In this document: positions 39,801-52,325 of the stretch, one piece after another
Layout: each line of letters opens with the position of its first letter
How positions within the stretch are numbered: position 1 is the stretch's first letter
Origin: Convolutriloba macropyga
Taxonomy: Eukaryota
Length of the DNA: 64,000 nt
Assembly (NCBI RefSeq): GCF_964194025.1
Contig: NC_134478.1
Location: forward strand, 19,654,001-19,718,000
Direction: 5' to 3'
Notes under the pieces: generated by a model
Seen by the model: the letters and a program-made list of their open reading frames with translations, nothing else
Told to the model about the DNA's origin: nothing
Databases searched by the model: none
Made by a program: the position numbers and the translations under genes

Positions 39801-42800
39801 AAACGACTGAAGTGTACTCCAATACCCATGTTCATTAGGCTAAATAAAGCTCTATCCCAGTCGTATTGGTTGTGATTTGATGAGAGCACACAGGTGCTAA
39901 AATATAGCCAAATGTTTTCAGATTTAAATAATTACGCGATTTACTTCTCTAGGTTTTGGCTACATTGAATGTGATGTTCATGACATAGAGTAGAATACTC
40001 CACGTCGTTTCAGACTATTACGTCCGTTGTCATTCGGGTATGTAAACTCAGATTTTTTGGAGGATGGCTTGTATTTTGCGTGTACGCCGTCGTTCGTTTG
40101 AATAATTATCATGTTTTTCGGTCATGTGTGTCGCGTTGTCAGGTTTTGATCAATCATGATTAGTGTTACTGAATAACGTTCAGCCTATCCAACGTTTGTA
40201 CTATTTTTAATAAATAAACCTGTTCTAATTTGAGCTTTCAAATTAGAACAGGTCTGTTTATTACAAAAATAGATCATTGTACGTCAGGTGCAGTGATCTA
40301 TTTGCATAAATAGATCATTGCATAAACTGTTTATCAAATTTCGGTTTTGAAAAAAAATTTATGCACAAATTTTCTTGCATAAAATGCAATTGAGGCTTTC
40401 CAGAACAAAAAGTCATCATTACAACAAATATTACTTAAGTTTTGTCATTTTAGATTTTAAATCCTATTGCTAGAAAAAAGATGAAATCAGGAAGAAAAAT
40501 TTAGTTTTGAAATTGATGTTTAGGGTGGCCAAGGATTCCAAGCGACATACAACCATATTTTCACGCAGCAGTTGGCAGCTGCTCTTAATGTGTACCCTCT
40601 ACGGATCAGTCATTTGACCATCGATGAAAGTCTACAGTTTGTGGTCATTGCGTTTTCCCTCATCGACTTCGCAGGCCTTAGTTCCTACAAATCTGGTGAG
40701 TAAAATTATGCACTTTTAAGCCCATCAATTAAGCTTCTCTGCCCTCCCAAAATGCCACCCTTTTCCACTCTTTCCCCTTCTTAAACACCAGCTAGCTACC
40801 GGCGAAGCCAAACGCTCAGCAGCCGTTTGGAGAAATTCGCACGACGTTTGTCGGTTGTTTTAGTTGGTTGTGTTGCTACACATTTTAAACGTTAAATACT
40901 TTTTAATTTACCAAGTTACAGATGAACATGACTTTTATATCGGATATTTTGGCTGTACGTGATGTTATTGATTGCTCTCAAACGAAGTTTGTATAAATTA
41001 TATTATTCCTGCGGTCTTTTTTACGACTCGAAGACGAGTATTGAGATTCTACAGGTTTTTTTTAGCTGATGCAAGTTTGTTCCTGACTTGAACTTTTGAC
41101 TTTTGTTTTCGAAAATTGACTTCTTTTTTTAGAGCGCTGACTTCTGTTTTTGAACATTGGACCTTAACAGTAGCGTAGTCTGTAATGCATAGTAATTAAG
41201 AACTGGTTGTTATATTCAAGGTGAGATAAATATTTTTAGAATTTTTGCAAAGAACCCCTAACTACCTACCCCCACCGATCCCAACATCTAACCACCCGGC
41301 GCAACCATCTAACCCCTGTCCCCCTCCCCCTCCCTCCCTCCAGCTAATCTTACCCTTATCAACGCCCGCCCACAGCACTTACATACGACCCCCCCCCCCC
41401 TAATTAAACCCCCCATTCCTAATTAAACTATATACTGCTTTGTTTTATTAATAGCCGCGTCAGCAATTCCAGGCGGCTATTATAGCGCTCCTATTTTTTT
41501 TACTTCGTCTAGCAGATTTTTTTCGCCTTGCCCTGAATTCTTGGAATTGACTTTTTCGATGACTTACCTCACTCAAAAAAATGACTTCCGAACTCACTTA
41601 TGGAACTTCAAATTTTTTAACTTTTTATTATTAACTTTTTACTTATTAAAGGTTAATAGTGTGCATCTAAGTAGTGCCAAACATATATGCCCTAATTCTT
41701 GATTATTGGAGTCTTGAGTTTTTAATTTCGAATATTAATTTTGGGATCTTTTCCGTTTGTGCCCCCCCCCAGTACGTTATGCGCCCCCAGTTACAGAGCA
41801 CGTGCCATTACATAGTAAGTCATTATGTAAAAAATATTGCACGTGCATGGGGGGGGGGGAGTTGCAAATAATATGCGCCCACTAAGCGGGCGGGGGGACA
41901 CAAACGGAAAAGATCCTAATTTTGAAAAGCCTTATTAGGGCTTTCTCCTTATAGAGCTTATGTTTCATAAAAATGACAGTCCGAAGCTAACCCAAAAAGT
42001 CTAGTGGTCTATTAAAAGACTGGTGATCGATCTGCCTATTTTATTTCTATAGTTGTTTCAATTCATGTAACGCCACTATCGTCTATCGCAGCTATTCACC
42101 GGCAATCTGCCGGCTATGTTTTCTTTTTCAATTTTTCTGATATATATAGTTGTTTTGATATTTTTGAAATCGTCGAGTCGTTTCCGGTATTCTACTGGCT
42201 ATGCTTTTAGTGCAATTATTCGCTTGAACAATGTTTTGTCTGACCAAATTGACTTTTTGTCCTCAAAAATGGGATAAGCATATAGCGCCCAGAGGGCATT
42301 AATTTCTCTTAGAGCCCTTCAGCTCACTAGTCTCCAAGTATGCAATTCACAGAAACTTTTGGAAACGTACAATCATGGTGTGAAGGGTGGTTCTTAGAGT
42401 TTGACCCCCCAATTCGTTGAGACCGTAAGGACGTGCAGCCAAAGACCTCACGCCTTTGCGTTGCACCCCCCCCCCCCCCGTCGAGCAGGTGAACCCCACA
42501 GCCTCCCCGGCTGAGCTCACATCGCGCCCCTTTAATTAAGCTAAGCTAGCCTCACTAGTTATGTTTATTTGCTCTCCAACGAATACTTTTTCACGCTTTT
42601 TTTATTTTGACTGACCTGAATTGCTCTTATCTCTGATATAAAGTTCGTTGCTAAAATAAAGCTGATCGGAAGAAAGAAAATCACGGGACTGGTAGTCGAC
42701 TGGTTTGTGCTTCTGTCGCCGACTCTGGAGGGCAGCAGCTCGAATCCGACCCTGGTCTGATTTTTTGCACCCATAAAGAAATGTTTTTTCTAGTGCTCCC

Positions 42801-45800
42801 TCTGAATTAAAGTGCCCCGCTTGTCATTTCTTGTCTTGAGAGCATTTCGTTCGAGGTTAGTTTGCCAGTCCGTATTAATACTTCCTTGTTCCGTCCTTCT
42901 ATATTAATACTCGGCCTTGTTCAATTCGTTCATAACTGCATCCGTAAGAAAGCAGTAGTTCAGCATGCGCTTATGACTTCCAATTTTTAGAGTGGCAAGT
43001 TTTTGCTGTAGGGAGTTTGTGGAGTCCTTTTGATGTTATATGCATTTTTGCAGACCAGTTTCTTTTGAACGATTTGAGTTTTCTGTTGATTTATTAATGG
43101 CCGAGAAGTGATAGCGAGGCTAATATCGGCATCACTGGCTTTGTTAACAATCCAAAGAATATAAATTGTTTTTGTGCTGTCTTTTTTCAACACACGTTTG
43201 TTAATTACTTTTCTGTCGAAAAGATTAAACAGTTAAAGCCCGTTAGGTGTTTCACTGGAATCTCTGAGCTGGCTTTTATAATCTTCCCAAAGGACTTTTA
43301 AGTTTTCGACTATCAAGTTTTATAGTTCGGGTTTTTATACAATTTTGTTAAATGGGTTCTGAGTTGACGTTGCTCTGATTCCACTGAAGTTTTTTGAAAG
43401 CCAGCATTTTTCATGACGGTTTTCTGAATGCTCCCTCAAACACAAGAAAAGGTAGTAAGTTTTTTATCGTTTTGAAAATCAAAACCTAGTCATTTGTGAC
43501 TAGTAGTGGCCAACGAAGCTTTTATTGCTTGCGTATGTAGTATAAGGTAGATTTTGGCAGAAAAAAAACGGTTCTAAAGATATCAGCTGGATATCAGTTT
43601 TTCGTTTTTGCGTCTGTTTGTCTAGTATATGTAATACTAAACTGCAGTTAGTTTTTTTGTGAATTTTTAATGAATGCAATGATTTATGAATGCAATGATT
43701 TCGATCTCTCAGGCGTCAAAAAATTACACAAATTAGCAATAATTTAAAAAATGGTCAATTTTTTTTCAGTAGGCCAGGTATGTCTGTGTTGAGTTTAAAG
43801 CTGGATTCTTGCGTTGATTTCATCATTGCAATATTGATTCTAAAGAAAAATATGAGCACAATTTTTGCTGATTTGAAACTGTTCGATGTTTTTGCCTGAA
43901 GTGCTGGTCTCTTGTATGTCAATCAAGATTTCTCGTAGATGGCCAATTTTCTGTTCGTTTTCTTGCTTTTTTAATTCGGAGTTTTGGTATGCAGCTCGTT
44001 AATAGAAAAATTCTAAATAACTATAGTTTTATTTTCTCTACATTTGACACTAAGTTTCGTCTCTTTGGCTCGTAATATTCAATTGTTCTGCTATTCAGTT
44101 AGAAGGACGATGAAGCTTTTTGTTTAATTCTTTGGATTTGCAATTTGCACTATGTTTTTATTTCGTCGTGTTTTCCATTTTTGTTTTTATGACCATTTGA
44201 TCACGCGCCAAGAAATCTGAGTCTGACTTTTCTGGGTGACTTCACTCTGCGACTGAATTTATGGGCATGGTGTAATTTTTAATGTGGTTTAATTATACAT
44301 GACTAACCTCACTCATTAACAAACCACCATTTTTGTCACGTGTCAAGAAGTCTTTCTGTCTTTTCTGGATGATTTAGCGTTCTCCGACTGGATTTTTGTG
44401 CTTGGTGTAATTTTTAATGCCTTTTTTTACTTACTTCACTTAGTATAATGACTTCTGTACTCACTTATAAAATTTAATTTCAGAATGTAAACTGTGAATT
44501 GAAGGTCATCCAGGATTCATAGTTTTCAGCGTATTTTGCTTGAAAAACAAAAGTGCTTGAAATTTAAGTGAAAGTTAATATAAGTGGTGGAAAATAAGGA
44601 TAATTTGAACTCAGATGAATCAGAAGTTATACTTTCAACCTCAGTTTTTCATGGTTTTGGTGATTGTGTTGGTCTCAGTGGTCTGTTTTGCGGCCACATT
44701 TTTCTGACTCATGATTTCTCAATTTTTGCGGGATATTCCTAGGAATTAATCAAATAGAGCCGACATAGATTGCTCGAGCTAATTGGCTGCAAAATTGTCA
44801 AAATTTTAATTGACAAACTACTCTTAATTATTCAAGTTGACAACTGTATGATAACAACATGTTTAAGTTTATTTGAAGGCTTGCTATGTTTTATGTGTCC
44901 TTTCTTTAGGTTTCTGTTGTTTAAATTACTGCTAATTAGTCTTTTTACGACTCGAAGAGGAGTATTGAGATTCTACAGGTTTTTTAGCTGGTCTTGGCTT
45001 GAAATTTAACTTTTGTTTTCAAACAACATTGAATTCTGTTTAATTGCTCTCAAACGAAGTTTGTAGCAATTATATTAGTCCTGTCGGTCTTTTTTTTATG
45101 CGATTTTTCGATTGACCAATTTTTTGTCTGACGCTTTTGACTTTTCGTCCTCAAAAACGGGATAAACAGGTAGCGCCCAGCGGGCATTATGTGCTCTTAG
45201 AGCCTTTCAGGTCTGTTTCAGCTCAAACTGTCTTGGAGACTTATACTTATACTTAAGGTGTGAGGGGGCGGTTCTTAGAGGTTGACACCCCCCCTTTGTT
45301 GACCCCCCACCCCCACTATTGGCTCCACCCCCCCCCACCGCGCTTTTGCCCCCCCCCCACCCAGTGCTGCCCCCATCAGCCCCCGGTGCATCCCCCCCAC
45401 CGTGGCTAGCTACTGACCAAGCCAACCGTTCGCCGGTCGTTTGAGAGCAATTCGCCCGACGTTAGTCGGTTATGTTTTATAACATTGACTTCTGTTATCA
45501 AACGTTGGACTATAAAAGTAGCTTAGTTTGTAATGTATAGTAATTAATAGCCGCCCTCATCTTCTCAGCCGGCTATTATAGCGCTCCTATTTTTTTACTT
45601 CGTCGAATAAAAAAATGTTTCGCTTTACCTCATTTTGCCGCCTTTTCAACAGTTTGCGTGAAATCTTTTTGACTTCTCTAGGCTAGTTTCTCTCTTCTCT
45701 CATTCTGCTAAAAATGATTTTGAACATCAGTTGCTCAGCAAAGCAATTCAAAATGAACAGAGTCAGTATAAAAATTGAAGTCAGAAATAGAAACGGGATA

Positions 45801-47163
45801 AACCCATAAAGCCCAATTTTAGATGCCCGCTATTTGAACGTCGGTCCTATAAGTATTATTTACCTCTCTGTAATGCTTATTGTTATTGATAGTAGCCCCT
45901 GTAGCCTGTCTCTAAGAAACAGAAGTATGTTCAACTACGAAATGCCATCAAAATAAATCGGACTTAAAAAATGTTTTTGTACAAAAATCTTTTTTTTTTT
46001 CGTTATCTTCTGTTATTTCAATCCCAATCATGCTTATTGGAATCAACGGCGGCTATTTTCCGGCAATCTGCCGGGTATGTTTAAGAATTGATGGTAATAT
46101 TCAAAGTTAAAAGGTCATTTCAAGAATTTTTGATCCCATATAGGTCCGTCCGACCTATCTAAACTACCCCGTCCCCCAGTACCCCCACACCTATCCCCAA
46201 CCCGCACCCCCCTCCCCCCCCCCCCCAAATACTTACCCACATTTCTACCTCAAAATGATTTTTTCACACTGTCGCTTTTTTATTTTCATATTTCTGAAAT
46301 AGGTAGTTAGATAAGAGTTTTTATAGCACGACTCTTCGAGTCGTTTCCGGTATTCTGCTGGCTATGTTTTGGATGCAAAATTTTCGCTTGACCGTTTTTG
46401 AGTAATTTTTACGCACTTTACTTTTTTCGTTTTGCGCGCTCTAAATTTCTCTTTCACGATTTCAAGCAGCTCAACTCAATTGTCGGAAATTTAATACTAA
46501 AAGTCAAATGATAAGTGCGCCGAAACTGGTGCCATTTTTCCATTTGAAATCTTAATAGTGGTATATATTAACCTCTAATGAGGTTATTTGAAGCCCCCTA
46601 GTAAATTTCTTTTGAGGCCCATTTAGCTTGCCCCCATGACTGAAGCAGGTTGCTCCCACTAGTCGTCCGAGAGCAGTTCTTCCGACGTTAGTCGGTAATG
46701 TTTAAAAGTGCAATCTACTGCTTAATTCTGTTTTGCACCTTATTGTGTTACATTTTTGACATGGTTTTCTAAGTCAGTTCTTTTTTAATTTACAGTCAAT
46801 GACAGAGACCAAATGTTGTCAAATGAGGAGGTTGAAAAACGCATGAAAGATCTGAAGGGCTTGGTTCAAGTGTCGTATTCAGTGGAACACGTGAACAATA
46901 ATGGTGACGTTGCTGACCAAAAATACTTCTCTGATTCTTACGCTGTGTTTTCCTACATGGAGATATCCAGCAGCACCTTTGAGATGATCACTCGGGATGA
47001 TGGAGCTCTGGGTGCAAAAGGTGGGCACGCGATGATAATTGCTGTAATTGTTGTGTCATTTGTGATGGCTGGTCTGGGTACCTGTCTTGGTCTGTTCATC
47101 GCTTATAAACTGTGGAGAGGGGCTACATCTTTTGGATACATGATTCACTCTAATGTGATGTAA
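24272..47163 (+). CDS. Uncharacterised ~750-aa type-I membrane protein; join(24272..24877,35208..35977,36619..36955,40524..40695,46796..47163), optional microexon 40014..40037
   Basis: All introns are GT-AG with matching phases (0,2,0,1), total 2253 nt = 750 aa plus stop. There is an N-terminal signal peptide MGAVLFALLLSTFSFVCHG, a C-terminal TM helix AMIIAVIVVSFVMAGLGTCLGLFIAYKLW and a short tail. Confidence 0.8.
26971..28450 (-). mobile_element. Degenerate, internally deleted LINE (APE endonuclease and 3' tail), I/Jockey-like, in intron 1
   Basis: Minus strand reads DINGHSIWD...GKPDITI...SDSDHHPILIS at ~27960-28200. A (CAA/CAG)n tail on the minus strand lies at 26971-27001. Interrupted by HINE-like sequence at ~27525-27740. 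Confidence 0.6.
29718..29785 (+). other. Degenerate tRNA-like (A-box/B-box) cassette inside a repeat
   Basis: TGTAGCTCAGTGG...GGTTCGAAAC followed by a T-run. The stems pair poorly. Similar cassettes occur at 31142-31214, 42685-42758 and 58372-58440. Confidence 0.55.
33111..35052 (+). mobile_element. Helentron/HINE-like family D element with a nested family C element (~33150..34530)
   Basis: 5' TACAATTCAAAGAATT pairs with 3' AATTCTTTGAATTGTA, followed by hairpin CAGGAC-TT-GTCCTG and CTATGTT. The nested element starts ACGACTCGAAG and ends CTTCGAGTTGT...CCGGAATTCTTCCGGCTATGTT. Confidence 0.7.
35208..35977 (+). CDS. Membrane protein exon 2
   Basis: Acceptor TTTGCTTAG|ATA, donor GA|GTGAGT. Contains ORF 35250..35981. 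Confidence 0.85.
36619..36955 (+). CDS. Membrane protein exon 3
   Basis: Acceptor CTGTTCAG|C completes the phase-2 codon GAC. Donor GTG|GTAAG. Confidence 0.85.
37263..37487. repeat. Long inverted repeat (~83-bp arms, ~59-bp spacer) made of two family-B HINE 3' ends
   Basis: 37263..37345 is largely the reverse complement of 37405..37487. Confidence 0.85.
40524..40695 (+). CDS. Membrane protein exon 4 (GGQGFQATYNHIFTQQLAAALNVYPLRISHL...)
   Basis: Acceptor GTTTAG|GGT, open in phase 0, donor G|GTGAGT in phase 1, which matches exon 5. Confidence 0.8.
40970..42565 (+). mobile_element. Nested stack of HINE-like elements (B > C > A) containing a MITE
   Basis: B head at 40970, C at ~41020..42205, A at ~41448..42120. 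The B body resumes after 42205. Confidence 0.65.
41744..41916. mobile_element. MITE with 18-bp perfect TIRs and 8-bp TSD
   Basis: TIR GGATCTTTTCCGTTTGTG / CACAAACGGAAAAGATCC. TSD TAATTTTG at 41736..41743 and 41917..41924. Confidence 0.9.
44943..46368 (+). mobile_element. HINE-like family C element hosting intact family B (45041..45478) and family A (45544..46082) elements
   Basis: C subTIRs ACGACTCGAAGAG (44947) / CTCTTCGAGTCGT (46332). B subTIRs AATTGCTCTCAAACGA (45042) / TCGTTTGAGAGCAATT (45437) with hairpin CCGAC-GTTA-GTCGG. A runs AATAGCCG...CGGCTATT with hairpin CCGGCA-ATC-TGCCGG. Confidence 0.75.
46796..47163 (+). CDS. Membrane protein terminal exon (TM helix and cytoplasmic tail)
   Basis: Acceptor TTTACAG|TC in phase 1, in frame with ORF 46813..47163. 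Stop TAA. Confidence 0.85.
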
Positions 47164-50100
47164 AGTTTAAAATTTATTTCATCTTTGTGCCGAATTTGTT
47201 TGCTCTTGTACTGAAAAAATCAACAATTGATTTAGTAAGATATCATAGAGTGCTAATCTGCTCGTCTTTGTTCTGGTTTCAATTCAAATTTGCTCAATTT
47301 GCAAATTTGTTCGATCTGAAAACTGACTCACTGATACTACATTTATTGCTCGCTTCTCCCTATGATTAAGACGTCGTGCTATCATTTGTAGTGGTTCTAA
47401 CTTAGTTTTTGTGTGCATTTAGCGCGTTCAATTTGTTCACTCAGTGCGATGGGATCAAGTCCCTTTTTGATGATCTGATGTCATTTGTATATTTGGACTC
47501 GCCACAATTAATGTTCTAATTACTTGGTATCATCTACATCTACATCTAGCGTTCTAAGTTTCTCGCTGTCTAATTTTTGAGACACTGTTAATTTTATTTT
47601 AAAAGGTCTTCGTCTGATCGCCTCTAAAATGTAATCCAGTGAAATTTTTACTATGATTGTCTGGAATTCAAAAGTTAGGATTTTCTTTTGTAGTCACAAG
47701 TTTCTCAAAAGTTAAAGCCATCAGTCAATCGGATGCCCTTAATTTGACATATCGTCTTTTGGAAATCTTTTATCACAGCTATGGAAACATTTGACAGATA
47801 TTTTACAGTAGTTTGTTGTGTCTAAATAAATTAATCTTTATTTGCGGCTTTAATCTTCTTAATTGCGGCTAGAACTTCGCAGTTGTATGTGCGACAGATC
47901 ACGACCTGATTTTGCTTTTTATACATACATATTCACTGCTTGTTTCTATTTCTCATGACCCTCGAATGCTTCGTTCTCTACTCAATTAAATCTATGATGC
48001 AATGAGACATTTTTTCACAAAATTTAACGGTTTTAAATTGAGAACACTGGCTCGTGATCGGTGACAAATTCTGCAGCATCTTTAGTTTAAATGACTCAAG
48101 AATTACAGAGGGAATGATTTTATACTTGGAATAAATGGACATGGAGAACGAAGCATGTAATTTTCTTTGGATGTTTTCTATCAAATTACCACAACGCAAT
48201 TTAATTTGTTCTGTAGCTTTAATTAAGATATTTTGATTTAAATTCTTGTACACATTTCGATTCTAACGATAAATAAGACTTGGCCAGAAAAAAGTTAACA
48301 ATCTTATCCAGGAAATGTTAATAAAATGGAAGAGAGAACTTAGATAATAAATGAATTTGCGCTGACCTTGCCTTCTTGTGCCAGTAAATTTTTCTAAGAA
48401 GTTAGTTTGCTTTTCTGTTTGGCAGCAAACTATAAAGCTTGCAAAAAGTGGTTAAACGCTTCAGACAAATGTAGTGAGCGTGGGGATAAATTGTTTATTT
48501 CACGAAATTTGATATTTGGAATGCGTTACACTACTAAAAGTCAGCATCACAAAACTAAAACCACGTCGTGTGAGTATATATACTCAGTAAGCATGGTTGC
48601 TGTTTTCCGCACACAAGTATTAAGATCAGGAAAGTAAGCGAGTGCGAAAAACGGTGACACGCTCAATCGCTAATATTGCTGTCGGTAGTTTTCGCATTTT
48701 AAGTATGCGTAAAATGGTGACAATTTATTGATTCTAATCCTTTGATCTCGTTGCCATCTCTAATTTAGTCCATTGATTTTGGGGGTATTAGTCGCCAATT
48801 TACGTATTGCTACTGTCACTAAAGTTCGCATCAAGGATTTAGCGAATTATGTTTCGATATATCTACATTTTGTCTACAATGTTCGCTTTGTCACTGCTGT
48901 CATCAAATGTAGTTTTGAAAACGTAATGAGCTCAAAACCGCCAAAATTGATTTCATTCAGTTCAGTTGTTAGTGAAATTATACCTCATTCACAGACTAAA
49001 ATAAGATCTAAATGACCCCCAACCTATCGTTTGAGATCAATTTGACCAACCGTAGTTGGTTATGTTTAATTGCTCTCGAACGAGTTGGAAGCAATTATTG
49101 TAAGCGTGTTTGTCCTTTTTTTTGCAAAATTTGCTTGACCATTTTTGAGCATTTGTTCTTGAAACTTTTTTCGTAATATCTACTCTCATCGTCTCAGCAA
49201 GTTTTTATTGCGCTCCTATTTTTACGACTCCAATAGGGATATTGGTGGAGCGTCTTCTGATATTCATTTTTTGGGCAGTGAATTTAAAACAGATGTAAAC
49301 GTCAATGCCGCATGTGAAAGCTAGGTGCTTAGGTCAAACGGCTGAAGAGTGATTTCCTGTTCATGTCTTTTTGAAAGAGCGAGAAAGTTATGTGAAAAAG
49401 TTTTTTGGTTAGCAAGAAATTTTTCGATCACTTTCAAAACACATGAACAGGGTTTTCAAAACATTTTTTTTAGCTTACTCCATTTTTTTGTCAAAAGTGT
49501 ATCTACCATTGAAGAGCTGAGAGAATAAAGAGTGGTTTTGTGTTCATGTCTTTTTTAGAGCGAGAATTTTAGGTGAAAAGATTTTTGCTAAGCAAGAGAA
49601 ATTTTTTGATCTCGTGCGGTTTTTCGAAACGGTTTTTTTAAGTTTTACTCCAATTTTTTCTATCAAAAGTGTTTCTCTCATTTATCTTAAGTTGTATTAG
49701 GGCGTTTGGAAGCTCTTTTCATCTGCTGAAGCAAATATTGCTTGTTTAGATACAATTTTCTGCTTTTTTGAAAAACCGTTTCGCCTTGTTTTAAACTCTT
49801 TTGCCGTTTTCTCTGTTTTTATTTTTCTTGATGTAGTTTTCTCGCTCAATTCTCAATTATGAAAAATTTTATAGGTGATTTCACTATGAAGTGACAATTG
49901 AAGGCTAGACATGTCAATTCTGAAGGCAGACACTGAAATAAATTGTACTCATTTCCACCTTTTTTTCTCGAATTTCTTAATTGTCGTTTGATGTTCCTCT
50001 GCCTGCCGCGTTTTGGGTAAGTGATTGATCTAGCAGAAGATTTAATGAAATTCTATCTAGAAATTAGGGTTGGAAAGTTTCACTGTAGCATAATTTTTTT

Positions 50101-52112
50101 CTACTCTTGTGTCTGTTTTCTCTTTATGAACGCAATCTGTTGTAATGTCTCTCAGTTAGTTATTTTTTGTCGCAAATTATTTATTGTACTACAAGGTCTT
50201 TCTCCAATAGTTTTTTGGAGTGGCAACTTCAGAGAGCTGAGTTTGACAGATTGAACTTAGACTTAAAAGAAGTGAAAGTCTGTTTTTTTGTTCTAAACTT
50301 TTGACGTTTGAATCCAACCGCTATAAACAATCAGCTCCTTCGCTATCGGAGATGACTATGTTTGGTTTATTTCAACTCCTGTATTTTTAAGCTTCTCGGA
50401 ACTTTTAGCTTTTTAATATGGAATTATCTGGCAATATCGATTTTAAGGTTGCACCAGAAAGGTCTATTGGGTGATTTCGACAGTGTACTCTTAACTTCAA
50501 TTTCAAATGTAAGTTAACTCTTTCATACCCTTTGATTCTGTACATACGTTAGTGCCTCGTGCCTAGCACTCGGGCGCAAGCGCCTTCGTATCATGGCAAT
50601 AAGTCCCTCGGGTGGGAGATTTTGTTCTAACATATACCTTTTAAACATCTCTAATGCTCAGTTGCTAAGTGGTGAATGAAAACAAACACAAAATAGTTTG
50701 CACTTTAAAATTTTTTTGTACATCAATCAATTTCTTCCATTTCTGTTCCTTCGATCCTAATCGGTTTTATGAGAATCAATGGAGGCTATTTTCAGGCAAT
50801 ATGTCGGGTATGTTTTCATTTCTCAATTCTTTTCGCTTGATTTTCTGATTTTTTGTGTGATCTAACGGATTTGTAACCCCTTCCAAGTTGCAATTTTTGT
50901 ACCCATGAAAATGTATCTAGGCTACTGCCCCCTTTGAATGAAAGTGCCCCGGTTTGTGTTTCAGAATTTTAAAAGCACATTATTCCGAAACGTCTAAGAA
51001 ATTTATCTCATAATCCCGCATCTCTTGTCCGACTTTAGTCAGCTATGTTAATGGATTGAACAGCGCCCGAAGGCCGAGTGAAACTTTTAATAAAACGTTT
51101 CGAAAGAAATTTTCTAGTGCTCAATTTACAATTGTGCAAGTGTTTTTTGCGTGCTTTAATATAGCTGTTCTACGACCAAAATTGTTCCTTGATACTGAAT
51201 TTTTTTTACAACTGACCTATAATAACTGTTATTGGACAATTTGTCTAACAGTCAGTTTTATTGGACAGTTGACGAGACAAGCAGTTGTTTTATTGGTAGA
51301 TTTCTAAGTGACCTTTTTTAGCGACAGTACTGCTGTATTAACGGATACACAATCACGTACATCTAAAAGTTTAATGGTATTAGTTCAGATTTTGAGAAAG
51401 CTTTACTACAAAAATTACGTCATGATAATTTCACTGCTCAAAAAAATTTGTGTGATCTATTCTAAACTCTATTCTAGAGTTATGTTTGCTCATATTTAAA
51501 AACTGCGCTATGAGAATAATGGAAGTTTGATGGGTCGTTTATGCCAACTAAACGGGAGGTAAATAGATATGCCCGTTCAGGCTCGAATAAAAAATAGAAA
51601 AATCAAAAAAGGATTGAAAATACTCGTTTCATCATTATTTCTTCCATAAATCCCTCCTCATAGAAAGGATCTCCTCATTGCTATTTGATAAGCATTAGCG
51701 TTACAAGAAACGACGAGTGCACTTTTTCAAAATTTTGTTGAGAAAATACCAGTTGAAATGCATGTTGAAGTTGCTATTAGACCATATCGCACTTTTTTTC
51801 TAGAGTCAAATCATAGAAAATTTACTGATGTGAGGTTTCGATGCGAAGTATGTCACAACAACTGGAAGAATCCATTGTAATATCAAATGATGCAATGTCA
51901 TTGATGACAGTTGATGAACTTTTTCTAAATTGTTGCACAATTTCAATTATAATTCCTCCCTGAAGTTAGGCAACTAACCGTACCTGTTTGGTTACTCGAA
52001 ATACTTCATGAAGGACAGAGGTTCTCAAAAGGCAATTCAAAAGGTTTAGATGTTGTGAGATCATGTCAGTTTCAGACTTCTTTGTTTCCTTTCCGGGTTC
52101 ATTACCATTGAC

Positions 52113-52325
52113 ATGGTATCAAATCCATGCAGTACTTCGTCTAATAATGATGTGGTATTAGAAGATTTCAGTTTTCTGGTGAAGAGACAGACCGAGTCCC
52201 TGCAAAAACTTCAATCGGACCTCGAAGAATTGAACAAGAGGGGAAATGAGTACACTTCTGTGAAGGATAAATTGAAAGAAGTTTCGAGCAAGTTGACATA
52301 TCCTACGATGGTTCCGCTATCGAAG
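52113..52325 (+). CDS. URI1: URI1 exon 1
   Basis: Coiled-coil start of the prefoldin domain ending LTYPTMVPLSK. Donor AAG|GTTGGT. Confidence 0.88.

Noticed and set aside
45207-45425. Gly-rich 72-aa ORF
   Set aside because: It is the translation of the C-rich low-complexity interior of a family-B repeat.
47130-47160. Lysosomal GYxxPhi sorting signal in the membrane protein tail
   Set aside because: The sequence is GYMIH, and the Phi position is His rather than a bulky hydrophobic residue.
38640-48400. Further LINE scraps (FFVRAIVSWN near 38900; ~43000-43400; IENIQRK near 48170)
   Set aside because: Single short motifs only. Plausible, but they cannot be delimited without alignment.
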